Positions 1 through 11,724 are shown, numbered from the whole stretch's first letter. The stretch is DNA of 63,632 bases, filler included, from Lama guanicoe (GCA_013239625.1; 152 parts of 152 records of this genome joined end to end with filler, not necessarily neighbours in it), one strand, 5' to 3'. A program made the numbers and translations. The notes: generated by a model not told the origin, from the letters alone.

Positions 1-260
1 GAACACATGTAAGAGTAGAATTGCTGTGTGTTGTATGTGTTTTTATAGCGTTACTGGATTTAACTAGTTGTATGAATTTATACCTCCACTATCAGTGTAT
101 AATTAATCTCACTAATGGACTTTCTTGCCAATACTTGGTATTTTCAGACTTTTTCATTTTGTCCATCAGTTGAGAATTAAATGGTACCTCCTGGTGGTTT
201 AAAAATGCATTTTGCTGATTACTACTAAGTTGGGAATCTTTACATGCCTACTGACCTGTA
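1..260 (-). mobile_element. Old LINE-1 fragment (3' end of ORF2, antisense)
   Basis: atggtacctcctggtggttt...tgcattttgctgattactactaagttgggaatctttacatg resembles the L1 antisense motif TGGTATCTCATTGTGGTTTTGATTTGCATTTCTCTGATG...GAGCATCTTTTCATG. Confidence 0.7.
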
Positions 261-318
261 ATCTAGCTTTAGCCCTTCCAGTGACATTAAGTTCCTTATT
301 ATTTTTATATATATAAAA

Positions 319-418
319 NNNNNNNNNNNNNNNNNNNNNNNNNNNNNNNNNNNNNNNNNNNNTTAATTAATTAANNNNNNNNNNNNNNNNNNNNNNNNNN
401 NNNNNNNNNNNNNNNNNN
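319..418. other. Artificial contig linker (44 N + TTAATTAATTAA + 44 N); first of about 151 identical copies, recurring every ~418-420 bp to the end of the window
   Basis: Identical 100-bp structure between every fragment. The 12-mer (363-374) is self-complementary and gives TAA in all six frames. It explains the XXXX-LIN/N tails in the ORF track. Confidence 0.99.
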
Positions 419-736
419 GAGAATTATGAAAAAGTAGCAAAGTTACTAGAGTTCCTGTATATCCCACACTCAATTTCCCCTCAGGAGACATCTTAGGTCA
501 GATTCATACGTTTGTCACAGCTAATCAAATATTCCAGATATATTATTACTAAACTCCAAAATGTATTTGGATTTCATGTTTTTCTTTTTTTCTGATCCAG
601 GATCCGATCACAGACACATTACGTTAAGTCCCAGTCGTGTCTCCTTCAGGCTCCTCTGGCTGTGACAGTCCCTCAGACTTCCCTCCTTTCCCATGACCTT
701 GATGTTTTGGGGGAGCACTGCTCAGGGATGTGGTAG
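419..736 (-). mobile_element. LINE-1 3' UTR fragment, L1MC-like
   Basis: agagttcctgtatatccc...ccaggatcc...tgtctccttcaggctcctctggctgtgacagtccctcagacttcc...atgaccttga closely follows the L1MC 3' end as I recall it. Confidence 0.8.
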
Positions 737-1672
737 NNNNNNNNNNNNNNNNNNNNNNNNNNNNNNNNNNNNNNNNNNNNTTAATTAATTAANNNNNNNN
801 NNNNNNNNNNNNNNNNNNNNNNNNNNNNNNNNNNNNCTATAAATATATTCATTAAAATGAATGAAGTATATCAGAAAAATATAACAAGTTAAAATTGAGA
901 AATATCAGGAAAAATACACCAAATGTTAAATGAGAAACCATTCAGAAAGTTTTCAGTGCACAATGTATTTTGTAACTTTTACAATGATAGTGCCCCACAA
1001 GAAACAACTCACCAAATACAAAAATATAACTGAATTATAGAACAATCCACTTACAGTTCTACTCTCATTATACTTACAAACCCCAATACAAGTAATTTCC
1101 AGACATCACAGGTGCATCCTCAGTGAAACTCTGCCACATAAGGTTAAAAAAAAANNNNNNNNNNNNNNNNNNNNNNNNNNNNNNNNNNNNNNNNNNNNTT
1201 AATTAATTAANNNNNNNNNNNNNNNNNNNNNNNNNNNNNNNNNNNNNNNNNNNNAAAGGCAGCAAAATTTTAAATTCACTAATATAACCAACTTGTTAGC
1301 ATCATACTAATTCATAAAAATAAGAAAATTAATTTCTTGTCCTATAGCTTGTTATAATCCAATATACTGTTTAAAGATTATAATTTATTTATGAAGTAAC
1401 ATATTATATGCCTCCCATAAATGTTGCTTAGCATGTGAGAATAATTAAATCAAAACCACATTTTAAAGCCCTGAGATAACATCAATATCTTAAAACATCA
1501 CAATTATACTTTTTGTATATATTTCATGAAATAATAAACTACTTCTAAAATTAATTATTGATTGAGCACTTANNNNNNNNNNNNNNNNNNNNNNNNNNNN
1601 NNNNNNNNNNNNNNNNTTAATTAATTAANNNNNNNNNNNNNNNNNNNNNNNNNNNNNNNNNNNNNNNNNNNN

Positions 1673-1990
1673 CTGGAGGCGGGCGCGGTGCTGTCAGGTG
1701 GCGGGGGTGTGTTTGGGGGGCGGCGGACACTGAGACTCCGCCCCCAGAGGCGCGAGGTAACCGTTACCTGAAGTCACTATCGTTTTACTTTCCCAGGGGC
1801 TCCGGAGAAAGGATGAGGGGCGAATTCCCCTCCCGATCTCAGAAAAACTCCCAAAGCGGCAGCAGCGTAGCCACCCTGCCGCTGCCTCAGGCATTCCACG
1901 AACCATTCAAACCTCCCGCGCCAAGAAGTACCCGGCGCTCGCGATTGGCTGAGGCGGACCAGCGCCCCTGGGCGGAGCCGGCCCCCACGC
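1673..1990 (-). promoter_or_regulatory. CpG-island promoter plus probable non-coding first exon of a cell-cycle-regulated gene (gene not identified)
   Basis: On the minus strand, in order: GC box (1970-1975), AGCCAAT (CCAAT 1944-1948), TTGGCGCGG E2F/CDE (1916-1924), 4-nt spacer, TTTGAA CHR (1906-1911), then splice donor CAG|GTAACG at 1768/1767. CpG-rich throughout. Confidence 0.75.
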
Positions 1991-2209
1991 NNNNNNNNNN
2001 NNNNNNNNNNNNNNNNNNNNNNNNNNNNNNNNNNTTAATTAATTAANNNNNNNNNNNNNNNNNNNNNNNNNNNNNNNNNNNNNNNNNNNNTAGAAGATAC
2101 CCGTATCTATTTTTCCTAGAAGGATAAACAGCCAGAAGTTCATTTATTTTCTTTAACCTTCTTCTCTGAATTGTTGAAATAGTATGTGATGAACCTGTTC
2201 TACTTTTTA

Positions 2210-2408
2210 CCTCAACTTTTTATTTTGAAAACTTTTAAACCTGCAGAAAAAGTTGTAGTTTCAAGACAAGTGTAACGAACACCAATTGTTACCACTGACC
2301 CCGCTTTTTGTCTCTCTGTGCAAATACATGGGTAATATATGTACATATTTTGCTGAGTTATTTGAGGACTAATTGGAACAAAGGCATTCTCCTATACAAG
2401 CAAAATAC
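2210..2408 (-). mobile_element. Old LINE-1 3' end fragment (L1MC4/5-like)
   Basis: aactttttattttgaaaacttttaaacctgcagaaaaagttg...aacaaaggcattctcctataca motifs. Confidence 0.6.
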
Positions 2409-2926
2409 NNNNNNNNNNNNNNNNNNNNNNNNNNNNNNNNNNNNNNNNNNNNTTAATTAATTAANNNNNNNNNNNNNNNNNNNNNNNNNNNNNNNNNNNN
2501 NNNNNNNNCCCACCCCAGAGTTGAGTGGAATGGGGAGGGGCCTGGGCATTGGCACTCTCTTCAGTCCCTGTGTGACTCTGATGTGTGTCTGTCCTCCTTC
2601 CCCGCACCTCTATGACCAGCTACCTTGAGCCTCACTCCCTTGGAAGGATAGAACATAGGGCCATTGTATTCCAATAAATTCTTATGAGTAGGTCAATTGA
2701 AGAGCCAGTGAGGGTGAAGATAACTTCCTGTTATCTTTTTGATAGCTTTTTGATGCTGTCAGGCACTTGAAAGGCCTGGCTTTTCTCTCATGCAAAGACC
2801 TTACAAAGAGAGATGCCACCATGCAGNNNNNNNNNNNNNNNNNNNNNNNNNNNNNNNNNNNNNNNNNNNNTTAATTAATTAANNNNNNNNNNNNNNNNNN
2901 NNNNNNNNNNNNNNNNNNNNNNNNNN

Positions 2927-3244
2927 CTCTGCTTTTTACATGGAGTGTTTATTCCATTTACATTTAATGCAATTAGTAAAGTGTTTGGATTTCAGTTTTT
3001 CATTTTGCTATTTGTTTTCTGCATGTTCTACTTTTTGTTTGTTTTTCTGTTCCTCCTTTCCTGCCTTCTTTTGGGTTAATTGGGTATTTTTTTAGAATTC
3101 CACTTTAATCTCTCTGTTGTCCTTTTAGCTACAGCTCTTTGTACTATAATTTTTTGTGTCTGATTGACATAAGAATTACAATACACATCCTGAACTTTTT
3201 GATCTTCTTTAAGTTAACATTGTACCCCTTCATATAAAATGTAA
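2927..3244 (-). mobile_element. Old LINE-1 internal fragment (antisense, near the ORF1/ORF2 junction)
   Basis: ggagtgtttattccatttacatttaatgcaatt...cattttgctatttgttttct; T-rich antisense L1 signature. Confidence 0.7.
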
Positions 3245-3854
3245 NNNNNNNNNNNNNNNNNNNNNNNNNNNNNNNNNNNNNNNNNNNNTTAATTAATTAA
3301 NNNNNNNNNNNNNNNNNNNNNNNNNNNNNNNNNNNNNNNNNNNNCCCAGTGTTAGAAACCTGCCTACAAGGCTTTACTGGGAAGGTCCTATGAGGGCTTG
3401 GATTTTGTGTTGTAAGAGACACTAATTCAGTGCAACCCTCAAGGGAAGGTCATTGCTTCTCCCCCGAGCCAAGTCATGTTGCCAGTGTGTTTCTCTCATG
3501 ACTGGAACTTAATGCTTTGTGGAGAGATGTATCTGAGGAAATTCGCTTTAGATGGTGCCATTGTCAGAAGTGCGATCAGCTTGCTAATCCTACAGGGGCA
3601 GTGGGCTTGCTTTTTGCCCTTGAAAACCCTGCTTCATCAAAGCGGGGCTCTATAGGCATTTAGNNNNNNNNNNNNNNNNNNNNNNNNNNNNNNNNNNNNN
3701 NNNNNNNTTAATTAATTAANNNNNNNNNNNNNNNNNNNNNNNNNNNNNNNNNNNNNNNNNNNNCACACATACCCTATATCCAGTCCATCAGGACATTCTG
3801 TTGGCTCTCTACAGCCAACAGTATTACTTTCCACCCAATTATCCAGTTTCCCTT

Positions 3855-4082
3855 CTGTTGTCCCCCTCCTTGCAGGATTAAATATCACTACTTTGTTGAG
3901 TTTAGGAGTGGTCATATGACTTGCTTTAACTAAATAATTGTATGTAGAATTGATGGATATCATTTCCAGTGGGTCCTCTGAGAGCCAGCTGGTGATGGCC
4001 AATAATGTTCTAGATGGAGGTAGCTCTGGCAGACAGGACCAGAGCCAAGTCACAAGGAGCAGAGCCACAGCTGACTCACCCT
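3855..4082 (+). mobile_element. MLT1-type (ERVL-MaLR) LTR fragment
   Basis: tttaggagtggtcatatgacttgctttaactaaataattgtatgtagaattga resembles MLT1 AGGTGTGGCCATGTGACTTGCTTTGGCCAATGAAATGTGAGCAGAAGTGA; ends gagcagagccacagctgactcacc. Confidence 0.65.
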
Positions 4083-4182
4083 NNNNNNNNNNNNNNNNNN
4101 NNNNNNNNNNNNNNNNNNNNNNNNNNTTAATTAATTAANNNNNNNNNNNNNNNNNNNNNNNNNNNNNNNNNNNNNNNNNNNN

Positions 4183-4501
4183 AAATGGAAAGACATCCTG
4201 TACCTTTGAATTAGAAGAACTAAGTTTTTTAAATTGACAGACTACCCAAAGAAATCTACATATTTAATTCAATCACCATCAAAATACCCATGACATTTTT
4301 CACAAGACTAGAATAAATCATCCTAAAATGTATACAGAACCACTAAAGACCCTAAATTTTAAAAACATCTTAGTTAAAAAGAGCAAAAGTGGAGTTATCA
4401 CTCCCCAGACTTCAGACTATACTACAAAACTACAGTAATCAAAACAGCATTTTCCTGGCACAAAAACAGACACATAGATCAGTGGAATAGAATAGAGAGC
4501 C
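4183..4501 (+). mobile_element. LINE-1 ORF2 fragment (downstream of the RT domain), disrupted
   Basis: Degenerate KWKDI...LPKEIYIFNSITIKIPMTFFT...[16 protein letters not shown]...[13 protein letters not shown] matches L1 ORF2. Confidence 0.92.
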
Positions 4502-5858
4502 NNNNNNNNNNNNNNNNNNNNNNNNNNNNNNNNNNNNNNNNNNNNTTAATTAATTAANNNNNNNNNNNNNNNNNNNNNNNNNNNNNNNNNNNNNNNNNNN
4601 NTCCACTTGCTTGTCTTTCTTTTCATGCGACTTTACATTTCATCCTACTTCCTGTGTTGCCTTCTTTTAAAATCAGCCTCCAAAATTATCACTTCCCGGA
4701 AGCTTTCTCTGTCCCATTCCATTCCGATCTTTTATTTTGCTTCCTTTCCAGCTGCATGTCCTACACTTGCCGAGGAGGAAGAGAGTGGGTGTCGGAGACG
4801 TGCAACCCACAGGACCTGAGTCCTAGTTATAGCTCAGACTTGCTGTGTGTGACTTTCAGTAAACTTGAGGGTTTTTTGGGGGGAGTGGGGCTTTAATTTG
4901 TAAAGTAGGAATGATGGAGANNNNNNNNNNNNNNNNNNNNNNNNNNNNNNNNNNNNNNNNNNNNTTAATTAATTAANNNNNNNNNNNNNNNNNNNNNNNN
5001 NNNNNNNNNNNNNNNNNNNNATATCCTTGTGTTTACAGCTTTTTAAACAGCTATCCAATCATACAGTTATAAGTTAAACACCAACAAAATGAGCAAAGTT
5101 AATAAAATAAAAATAACATCATTACTTAATGTGACAGGTAATATTTGGGTGAAATAAAATCACGTGCTACTTGAACGTGGCAATGATAGGTACAGGGCAA
5201 CTTCCTTTGCACTGGGCATCCTGCATCACCGTTTTCTGAGCCATCACTCAATTCTCCCACAATCTTCCTTTTTCTTGGTCTCTGCATTCTACCACGGTGT
5301 CGTGTGGCTGTCAGTTGGTACTATCGCATTGTTTTCACANNNNNNNNNNNNNNNNNNNNNNNNNNNNNNNNNNNNNNNNNNNNTTAATTAATTAANNNNN
5401 NNNNNNNNNNNNNNNNNNNNNNNNNNNNNNNNNNNNNNNTCAGTTTCAGACGTTCTCCCCAATCCTCTTTGTTCCCCTCTGCCTTCCACGTTTGCATTTT
5501 ACTTGATTTTTTAATTTTCATCTGCATACTGTTCTTCAATTTTGACATCTGGTGAAATCTACACCAGTCAGTCTGTGCCTGCCTTAAGTACCGCCAGAAA
5601 CTGTCTCCTCTGTCTCCTGTAACAGAATTACAGCTTAAACATTTTCTTCACTCCTGCTATCAAAAGCAAAACAAAAGAAAATAAATAAAACCACAGACAT
5701 CCAATGATCATTTATAAATTGTAGTGAAGAAGTAATATACCATCACAATAAAGAAATGNNNNNNNNNNNNNNNNNNNNNNNNNNNNNNNNNNNNNNNNNN
5801 NNTTAATTAATTAANNNNNNNNNNNNNNNNNNNNNNNNNNNNNNNNNNNNNNNNNNNN

Positions 5859-5863
5859 CTGTG
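5859..5863 (-). promoter_or_regulatory. V(D)J recombination signal heptamer, truncated by the contig end (CACAG..)
   Basis: CACAG immediately follows the last V codon, so the gene is in germline configuration. Confidence 0.85.
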
Positions 5864-6162
5864 GTCGCTCAGAGCACAGAAATACACCGCTGAGTCCCCG
5901 AGCTGCAAGGCTGTGATGGTGAGGCTGATGGAACCGGCCGATTTCTGGAAGTTCAAAAAATACCGACCCTCTGTGGTATTTCGCTCATTGTAAGACTCCT
6001 GATGAATGAGGAAAAGCATTTCCCCACTAGGTGCTTGTTTGTACCAGAATAAATAATAACTGTAAGCTTTAGCTTCATATACACAGTCCAAGGTGGCCGC
6101 CTCCTTCTCCAGCCTAGAAATTGCTGGCTGGTCTTGAGTTACCTTCTGGGCTTTGACAGATC
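5864..6162 (-). CDS. TRAV: T-cell receptor alpha/delta variable gene, complete V exon (TRAV19/TRAV14-DV4 clan), open frame
   Basis: Acceptor ttttttcccctccag at 6163-6177, then [100 protein letters not shown]. Both Cys and the Trp are intact, and CACAG follows directly. Confidence 0.95.
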
Positions 6163-6715
6163 CTGGAGGGGAAAAAANNNNNNNNNNNNNNNNNNNNNNN
6201 NNNNNNNNNNNNNNNNNNNNNTTAATTAATTAANNNNNNNNNNNNNNNNNNNNNNNNNNNNNNNNNNNNNNNNNNNNGGCCATGCCAGTCTGTCCAGATG
6301 GGCACAGCCGAGGCGTATGTGGCCTGCAGCCCTGTCTGGGGCTGCCCACTACTCCCACTGCCTATGTGGGAGAGGTTGTGCCTGGGCCCCTGGCTTCCTG
6401 CCTCTCCAGCCCCTGCAGGTGAACATACTGGCAGGTGACAGACAGGTGCATAGAGCAGGTGTTTAAGAGCAGGCCCGGGTCCTGTGTAAGGGCCCCAAGC
6501 TCGGGGTTGTCACTGCCCCCAGCATGCTCGAGGCCCAGCCTCCCCACGGGGCTGACAGTGCTCTCTTCTGCTTTCTCTTCCAGCCGCTGCTGGCAGNNNN
6601 NNNNNNNNNNNNNNNNNNNNNNNNNNNNNNNNNNNNNNNNTTAATTAATTAANNNNNNNNNNNNNNNNNNNNNNNNNNNNNNNNNNNNNNNNNNNNCACA
6701 AACACACACACACAC

Positions 6716-7015
6716 GACTATTACGCAGCCATTAAAAAGAATAAAATGTTGACATTTGCAACAACATGGATGTACCTAGAGGATATTATGCTAAGTGAAG
6801 TAGACAAAGACAAATTACCATATGATTTCACTTAATATGTGGAATCTGGAAAACAAAATGAAACAAATGAACAAAAATAATAAAACATGAACAGAGTAAT
6901 AAGTACAGAGAACAAACAGGTGGTTGCCGAAGGGGAGGTGGGTAGGGAAAGAAAATAAATAGGCGGGAGAAATTAAGAAGTACAGACTTCCTGTTAGAAA
7001 ATAAATGAGTCATGG
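6716..7015 (+). mobile_element. LINE-1 ORF2 C-terminus and 3' UTR
   Basis: YYAAIKKNKMLTFATTWMYLEDIMLSEV followed by atatgtggaatct...acagagaacaaacaggtggttgcc. Confidence 0.9.
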
Positions 7016-7682
7016 NNNNNNNNNNNNNNNNNNNNNNNNNNNNNNNNNNNNNNNNNNNNTTAATTAATTAANNNNNNNNNNNNNNNNNNNNNNNNNNNNN
7101 NNNNNNNNNNNNNNNTCCAATGGAAGAGGCAACCTTCCAACTCCCAGGAAGCCGCTGAGCCTGGGTGTGGGGGCGTGTCTGCTGGTGACAGGCCTGGGCC
7201 TCAGGGCCTGGGGTTGGGCAGGTGAGCGCTTGTCCCCTCTTCTCACCGCTGGCCCTGTCAGTCTGAGTGGGAAGATGGGAAGGGGCGGGAAGGAAGGCGC
7301 TCTCCTGGGCCTCGTGGCCCCCAGGCTGCTCTGGCCGTGGCCCTGGGGCAGCTCAGGTTCACCTGACCCTGGTGCGCCGGAGCCTGAGCCTGAGCCTGCC
7401 CCAGGTGACATGGCAGCACTGGGAAGGTGGGTGGNNNNNNNNNNNNNNNNNNNNNNNNNNNNNNNNNNNNNNNNNNNNTTAATTAATTAANNNNNNNNNN
7501 NNNNNNNNNNNNNNNNNNNNNNNNNNNNNNNNNNCCTCCAGTCTGCCCTCCACCTTCCAATGTATTTCCAGGCATTTCATCCTTGACAGCGTCCCCAGTC
7601 TTGTTTCCTGCAGTACAATTAACGAGCATAGCATGAAGAATGTTGTATATTTCAAAATTGATGTCTGTGTGAAAGCAGAGTC

Positions 7683-7853
7683 ATTTGTCCCCAGAGGATA
7701 TGTGGAAATGTCTGGAGACGGGTGGGCCGTCACATGTGGGGTGGGCTGCAGGTGCCCAATTCCCTAGTGGGCAGAGTCCATCAATGTGGCCGTGCATCCC
7801 ACAATGCACACGGCAGCTCCCACAACAGGAAACCAGCCTCAAATGCCAATAAT
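7683..7853 (+). mobile_element. MER20 (hAT-Charlie) fragment
   Basis: ccccagaggatatgtggaaatgtctggagac...ctagtgggcagag...catcccacaatgcacacggcagctcccacaaca...caaatgccaataat follows the MER20 consensus. Confidence 0.8.
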
Positions 7854-9649
7854 NNNNNNNNNNNNNNNNNNNNNNNNNNNNNNNNNNNNNNNNNNNNTTA
7901 ATTAATTAANNNNNNNNNNNNNNNNNNNNNNNNNNNNNNNNNNNNNNNNNNNNATTTTGTTTGAATTTAAAATGCATTACAAAGCTAGGCCCCCTTTGCC
8001 CTTGTATATCAGAAAGTCTCTCTGGAGCGGTGTGGAGTCTCTGTGTTGCATTAATGGGTGTTTTAACACGTCAGGAAAGCAAATATTCTCAATGCAAATA
8101 GTTATTCTTTTTTTCATCCATCAACTAGCAACTCATTTTCAAATATTTCTTTGCTTGTACGTGTGTGCCTCTCTCCACAAACTTAAAGAATGTAGGATTA
8201 GGTGAAGGAGGAGGGACAATCTCTTTCTCGGTGTAATTAATCAGTCTGCCCCAGGGACCTCTAACGAGTTAGNNNNNNNNNNNNNNNNNNNNNNNNNNNN
8301 NNNNNNNNNNNNNNNNTTAATTAATTAANNNNNNNNNNNNNNNNNNNNNNNNNNNNNNNNNNNNNNNNNNNNACATTCAGGCCATAGCAGTGTTTTAGAG
8401 CTGTCACTCCCTTTTTTCACTCCCCAGTATCGTACGACGATCTCACAAAGATCTCACCATTTCAGTGCTTTGTAGCTTCTCTTTTCTATTTGACTGTATA
8501 AATATATGACAGCTAATTTAGCCAGCCTGGCCATGGACCTGTGGGTTGTTTCTGATTGCTTACTACTGCAGACAATGCCAAGATGAATATTCTCTTATGT
8601 AGCTCTCTATGCCCGTATGAAATTGTTTCTCTCTGGACAGTGTCTGGACGTAAAAAGGCTAGGCACAGGTCACGTTCCTTTTTCAAAAATGNNNNNNNNN
8701 NNNNNNNNNNNNNNNNNNNNNNNNNNNNNNNNNNNTTAATTAATTAANNNNNNNNNNNNNNNNNNNNNNNNNNNNNNNNNNNNNNNNNNNNCCCCCGCCC
8801 CCTGCAACACTTCAGTGATCTTGAAGTGATGACAGCCTGTGTTCCAGAGTGAGACCCTGGTCCGTAGTTCAAAAGGAGAAGAGCAGACCTGATGCATAAA
8901 ATATCACATCTGTCTGTTCTCATCTAAAGGAGTTCTCCAGAGCCATCCACCATCCAGACTGGGATTGTCATGTTTCTTTGTTTATTTGCTGTTGGTTTTT
9001 AGCTCCTGGCTATCAAGGAAATCTGTCAAAACACTAGTTGAACCCACAAAGGCACACAGATTTTGAGTGACCATGCATGACAAGAAATATAGTCTATGCA
9101 AAAATAGTTTNNNNNNNNNNNNNNNNNNNNNNNNNNNNNNNNNNNNNNNNNNNNTTAATTAATTAANNNNNNNNNNNNNNNNNNNNNNNNNNNNNNNNNN
9201 NNNNNNNNNNTTTGTATTTCATTTCCAGTTCTCTGTTCTTCATGTTGCTGTGGATTCTCCATAATCTTACTGATTTTAAAAACTCTATGTATTGAAGAAC
9301 ATGTCTCTGTCTTGTCACACATATTTCCCCCAATTTATCATGTATGTCTTCACCTTTTTTCATTTAAAAAACCAATTTTTATTGCAAGAGTAAACATGGT
9401 CATTTTAAGATGGAAGTTGGGAAAATCTGAAAAGCAAAAAGAAGAAAATGATAGTCCCCATAATTCTGTTATTTCGTGAGAACCACTTTTGTTATTTTGT
9501 TGTAAGTTCTTTTCTTCTATTTCTGGTATNNNNNNNNNNNNNNNNNNNNNNNNNNNNNNNNNNNNNNNNNNNNTTAATTAATTAANNNNNNNNNNNNNNN
9601 NNNNNNNNNNNNNNNNNNNNNNNNNNNNNAAAAAAAAAGCCCAAAGCAG

Positions 9650-9867
9650 AATATTTTGTGTCATGTGATGATTACATAGGATTCAATTTCAATGTCCTTA
9701 AGTAAAGGTTTATTGGAACACAGCTACACTCACTTGTTTATATATTGTTTATGACTACTTTTGCATTGCAATGGCAGAGTTTAGTACTTGTGACAGAAAA
9801 TGTATGGCCTACAAAGATGAAAATATTTACTATCCAGCCCTTCACAGTATGAGTTTGTTGACCCCTG
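9650..9867 (+). mobile_element. MER58 (hAT-Charlie) fragment
   Basis: taaaggtttattggaacacagctacactcacttgtttatatattg...aaatatttactatccagcccttcaca...gtttgttgacccctg (terminal inverted repeat end). Confidence 0.85.
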
Positions 9868-11724
9868 GTCTGTGCGTCTGACTGCAAGTACTTCTGCCAA
9901 ATAATGGCTCTCTTTCTCTTCTGCTCTCCAAGTTGAATGAAAATGTCTNNNNNNNNNNNNNNNNNNNNNNNNNNNNNNNNNNNNNNNNNNNNTTAATTAA
10001 TTAANNNNNNNNNNNNNNNNNNNNNNNNNNNNNNNNNNNNNNNNNNNNAACAGCCCATTTGACTGATACTGCTGGTGGCTAGTGTGTGTTAAAATGTCAA
10101 GGAGACACAAATTAGCAACCTCTGAGTATGCTGTTCCTGGCTGTGACAGAGAAGATCAATGAGTCGTTAGTCATTAGCTCGCCTTCTCCAGTGCTATAGT
10201 TTGTCAGGAGGACTAGAACACTTTCCTGATTCGGGGAGCCTCCTACCCCTTGTTCTCTGTTCTGTATCCCATTTGATCAAGTCCTACAGAGAGAGGTACT
10301 GAGGAGAAATGTCACGTCAGGAGCTTCCAGCATTAATAATTGGTGTCAGATGTCCTTTATCATAAGANNNNNNNNNNNNNNNNNNNNNNNNNNNNNNNNN
10401 NNNNNNNNNNNTTAATTAATTAANNNNNNNNNNNNNNNNNNNNNNNNNNNNNNNNNNNNNNNNNNNNTTTTTTTTTTTTACAATGTATTGTGTTCCTTTT
10501 CCTAAAAAAAATTAAAACCCCAAGCCAGCAACACTCCGATCAAAGACTGAACAGCATGGTACAAAGTTAACTCCTTGGACATTATCTTCATCTTAATGCA
10601 TCGCTATTCCAATAAAATCAACAAATATCTGTATTGTAATGAACACTTTTCGGATAAGTTCAGTGACTGTCTGCCAGGTGCCAGGCACTCTGCTGGGCAC
10701 TGGGAGGGTGATCATAGAAAGCTATTGAAATGAAGATACCTCTTGAGAAGTAAAAGGGAGTGCTAAAAATAAGTTATATTTTTTTTNNNNNNNNNNNNNN
10801 NNNNNNNNNNNNNNNNNNNNNNNNNNNNNNTTAATTAATTAANNNNNNNNNNNNNNNNNNNNNNNNNNNNNNNNNNNNNNNNNNNNCGGCCCGTCGTCGC
10901 CCAGCTGGGCACCTGCACCTGTTCCCCCTTGGTGCCCCGTGCCGCCTCGCCCCCCACCGCCAGCTGCTCCGCTCGGTAAGAGGAATGCATAGTCCTCTGT
11001 TTCTTCCTTGAGTCACTGCAGAAGAAGGGCAGGTCGCTCTCCGGGGCTTCCCCGTGCACGGGCGGCCCTGACTGGGCTCACGGCCGCGTCCCTCTGGTCC
11101 CTTAGCAGACGCACTTGATGGGCCGCGTCTTCCCCGTCCTGCCCTGGGGAGGGAGGTGTCTCTTGTAGAGGGAAAGAGGGTCCTCTGACGGAGGGCAGAC
11201 GTGTCNNNNNNNNNNNNNNNNNNNNNNNNNNNNNNNNNNNNNNNNNNNNTTAATTAATTAANNNNNNNNNNNNNNNNNNNNNNNNNNNNNNNNNNNNNNN
11301 NNNNNGTATACGATGCCCCAGGCTCATGGTTTGGATAAAATACATGTAGCTTTATTCTTTCTCTAATTTAATGTTTACTCCCTTGTCTAAATGCATTCCT
11401 CAATCACCTCCACCTCCTCTAGCTGCCCAAAGGGCTCTCTCTTGAATCAGCCACCTCGCCTACCCCTAAACCTACTATTACACATCATGCTAAAAACTAA
11501 GGCAGGTATACCACTGGCTCAACTGACATAAAAGGATTTGATTTTATTGGAAACAGAAGGAACTGAGATAGACACAATTTTTTTAATATGTGAAGATGCA
11601 AGACCACACACTTATAACCTCTACNNNNNNNNNNNNNNNNNNNNNNNNNNNNNNNNNNNNNNNNNNNNTTAATTAATTAANNNNNNNNNNNNNNNNNNNN
11701 NNNNNNNNNNNNNNNNNNNNNNNN

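Noticed and set aside
4693..4701. Perfect STAT GAS site TTCCCGGAA
   Set aside because: A single 9-mer without supporting context; plausible by chance in this much sequence
7064..7490. Overlapping 71-115-aa ORFs on both strands
   Set aside because: GC-rich intron-like DNA with a short gagcct repeat; no homology recognised
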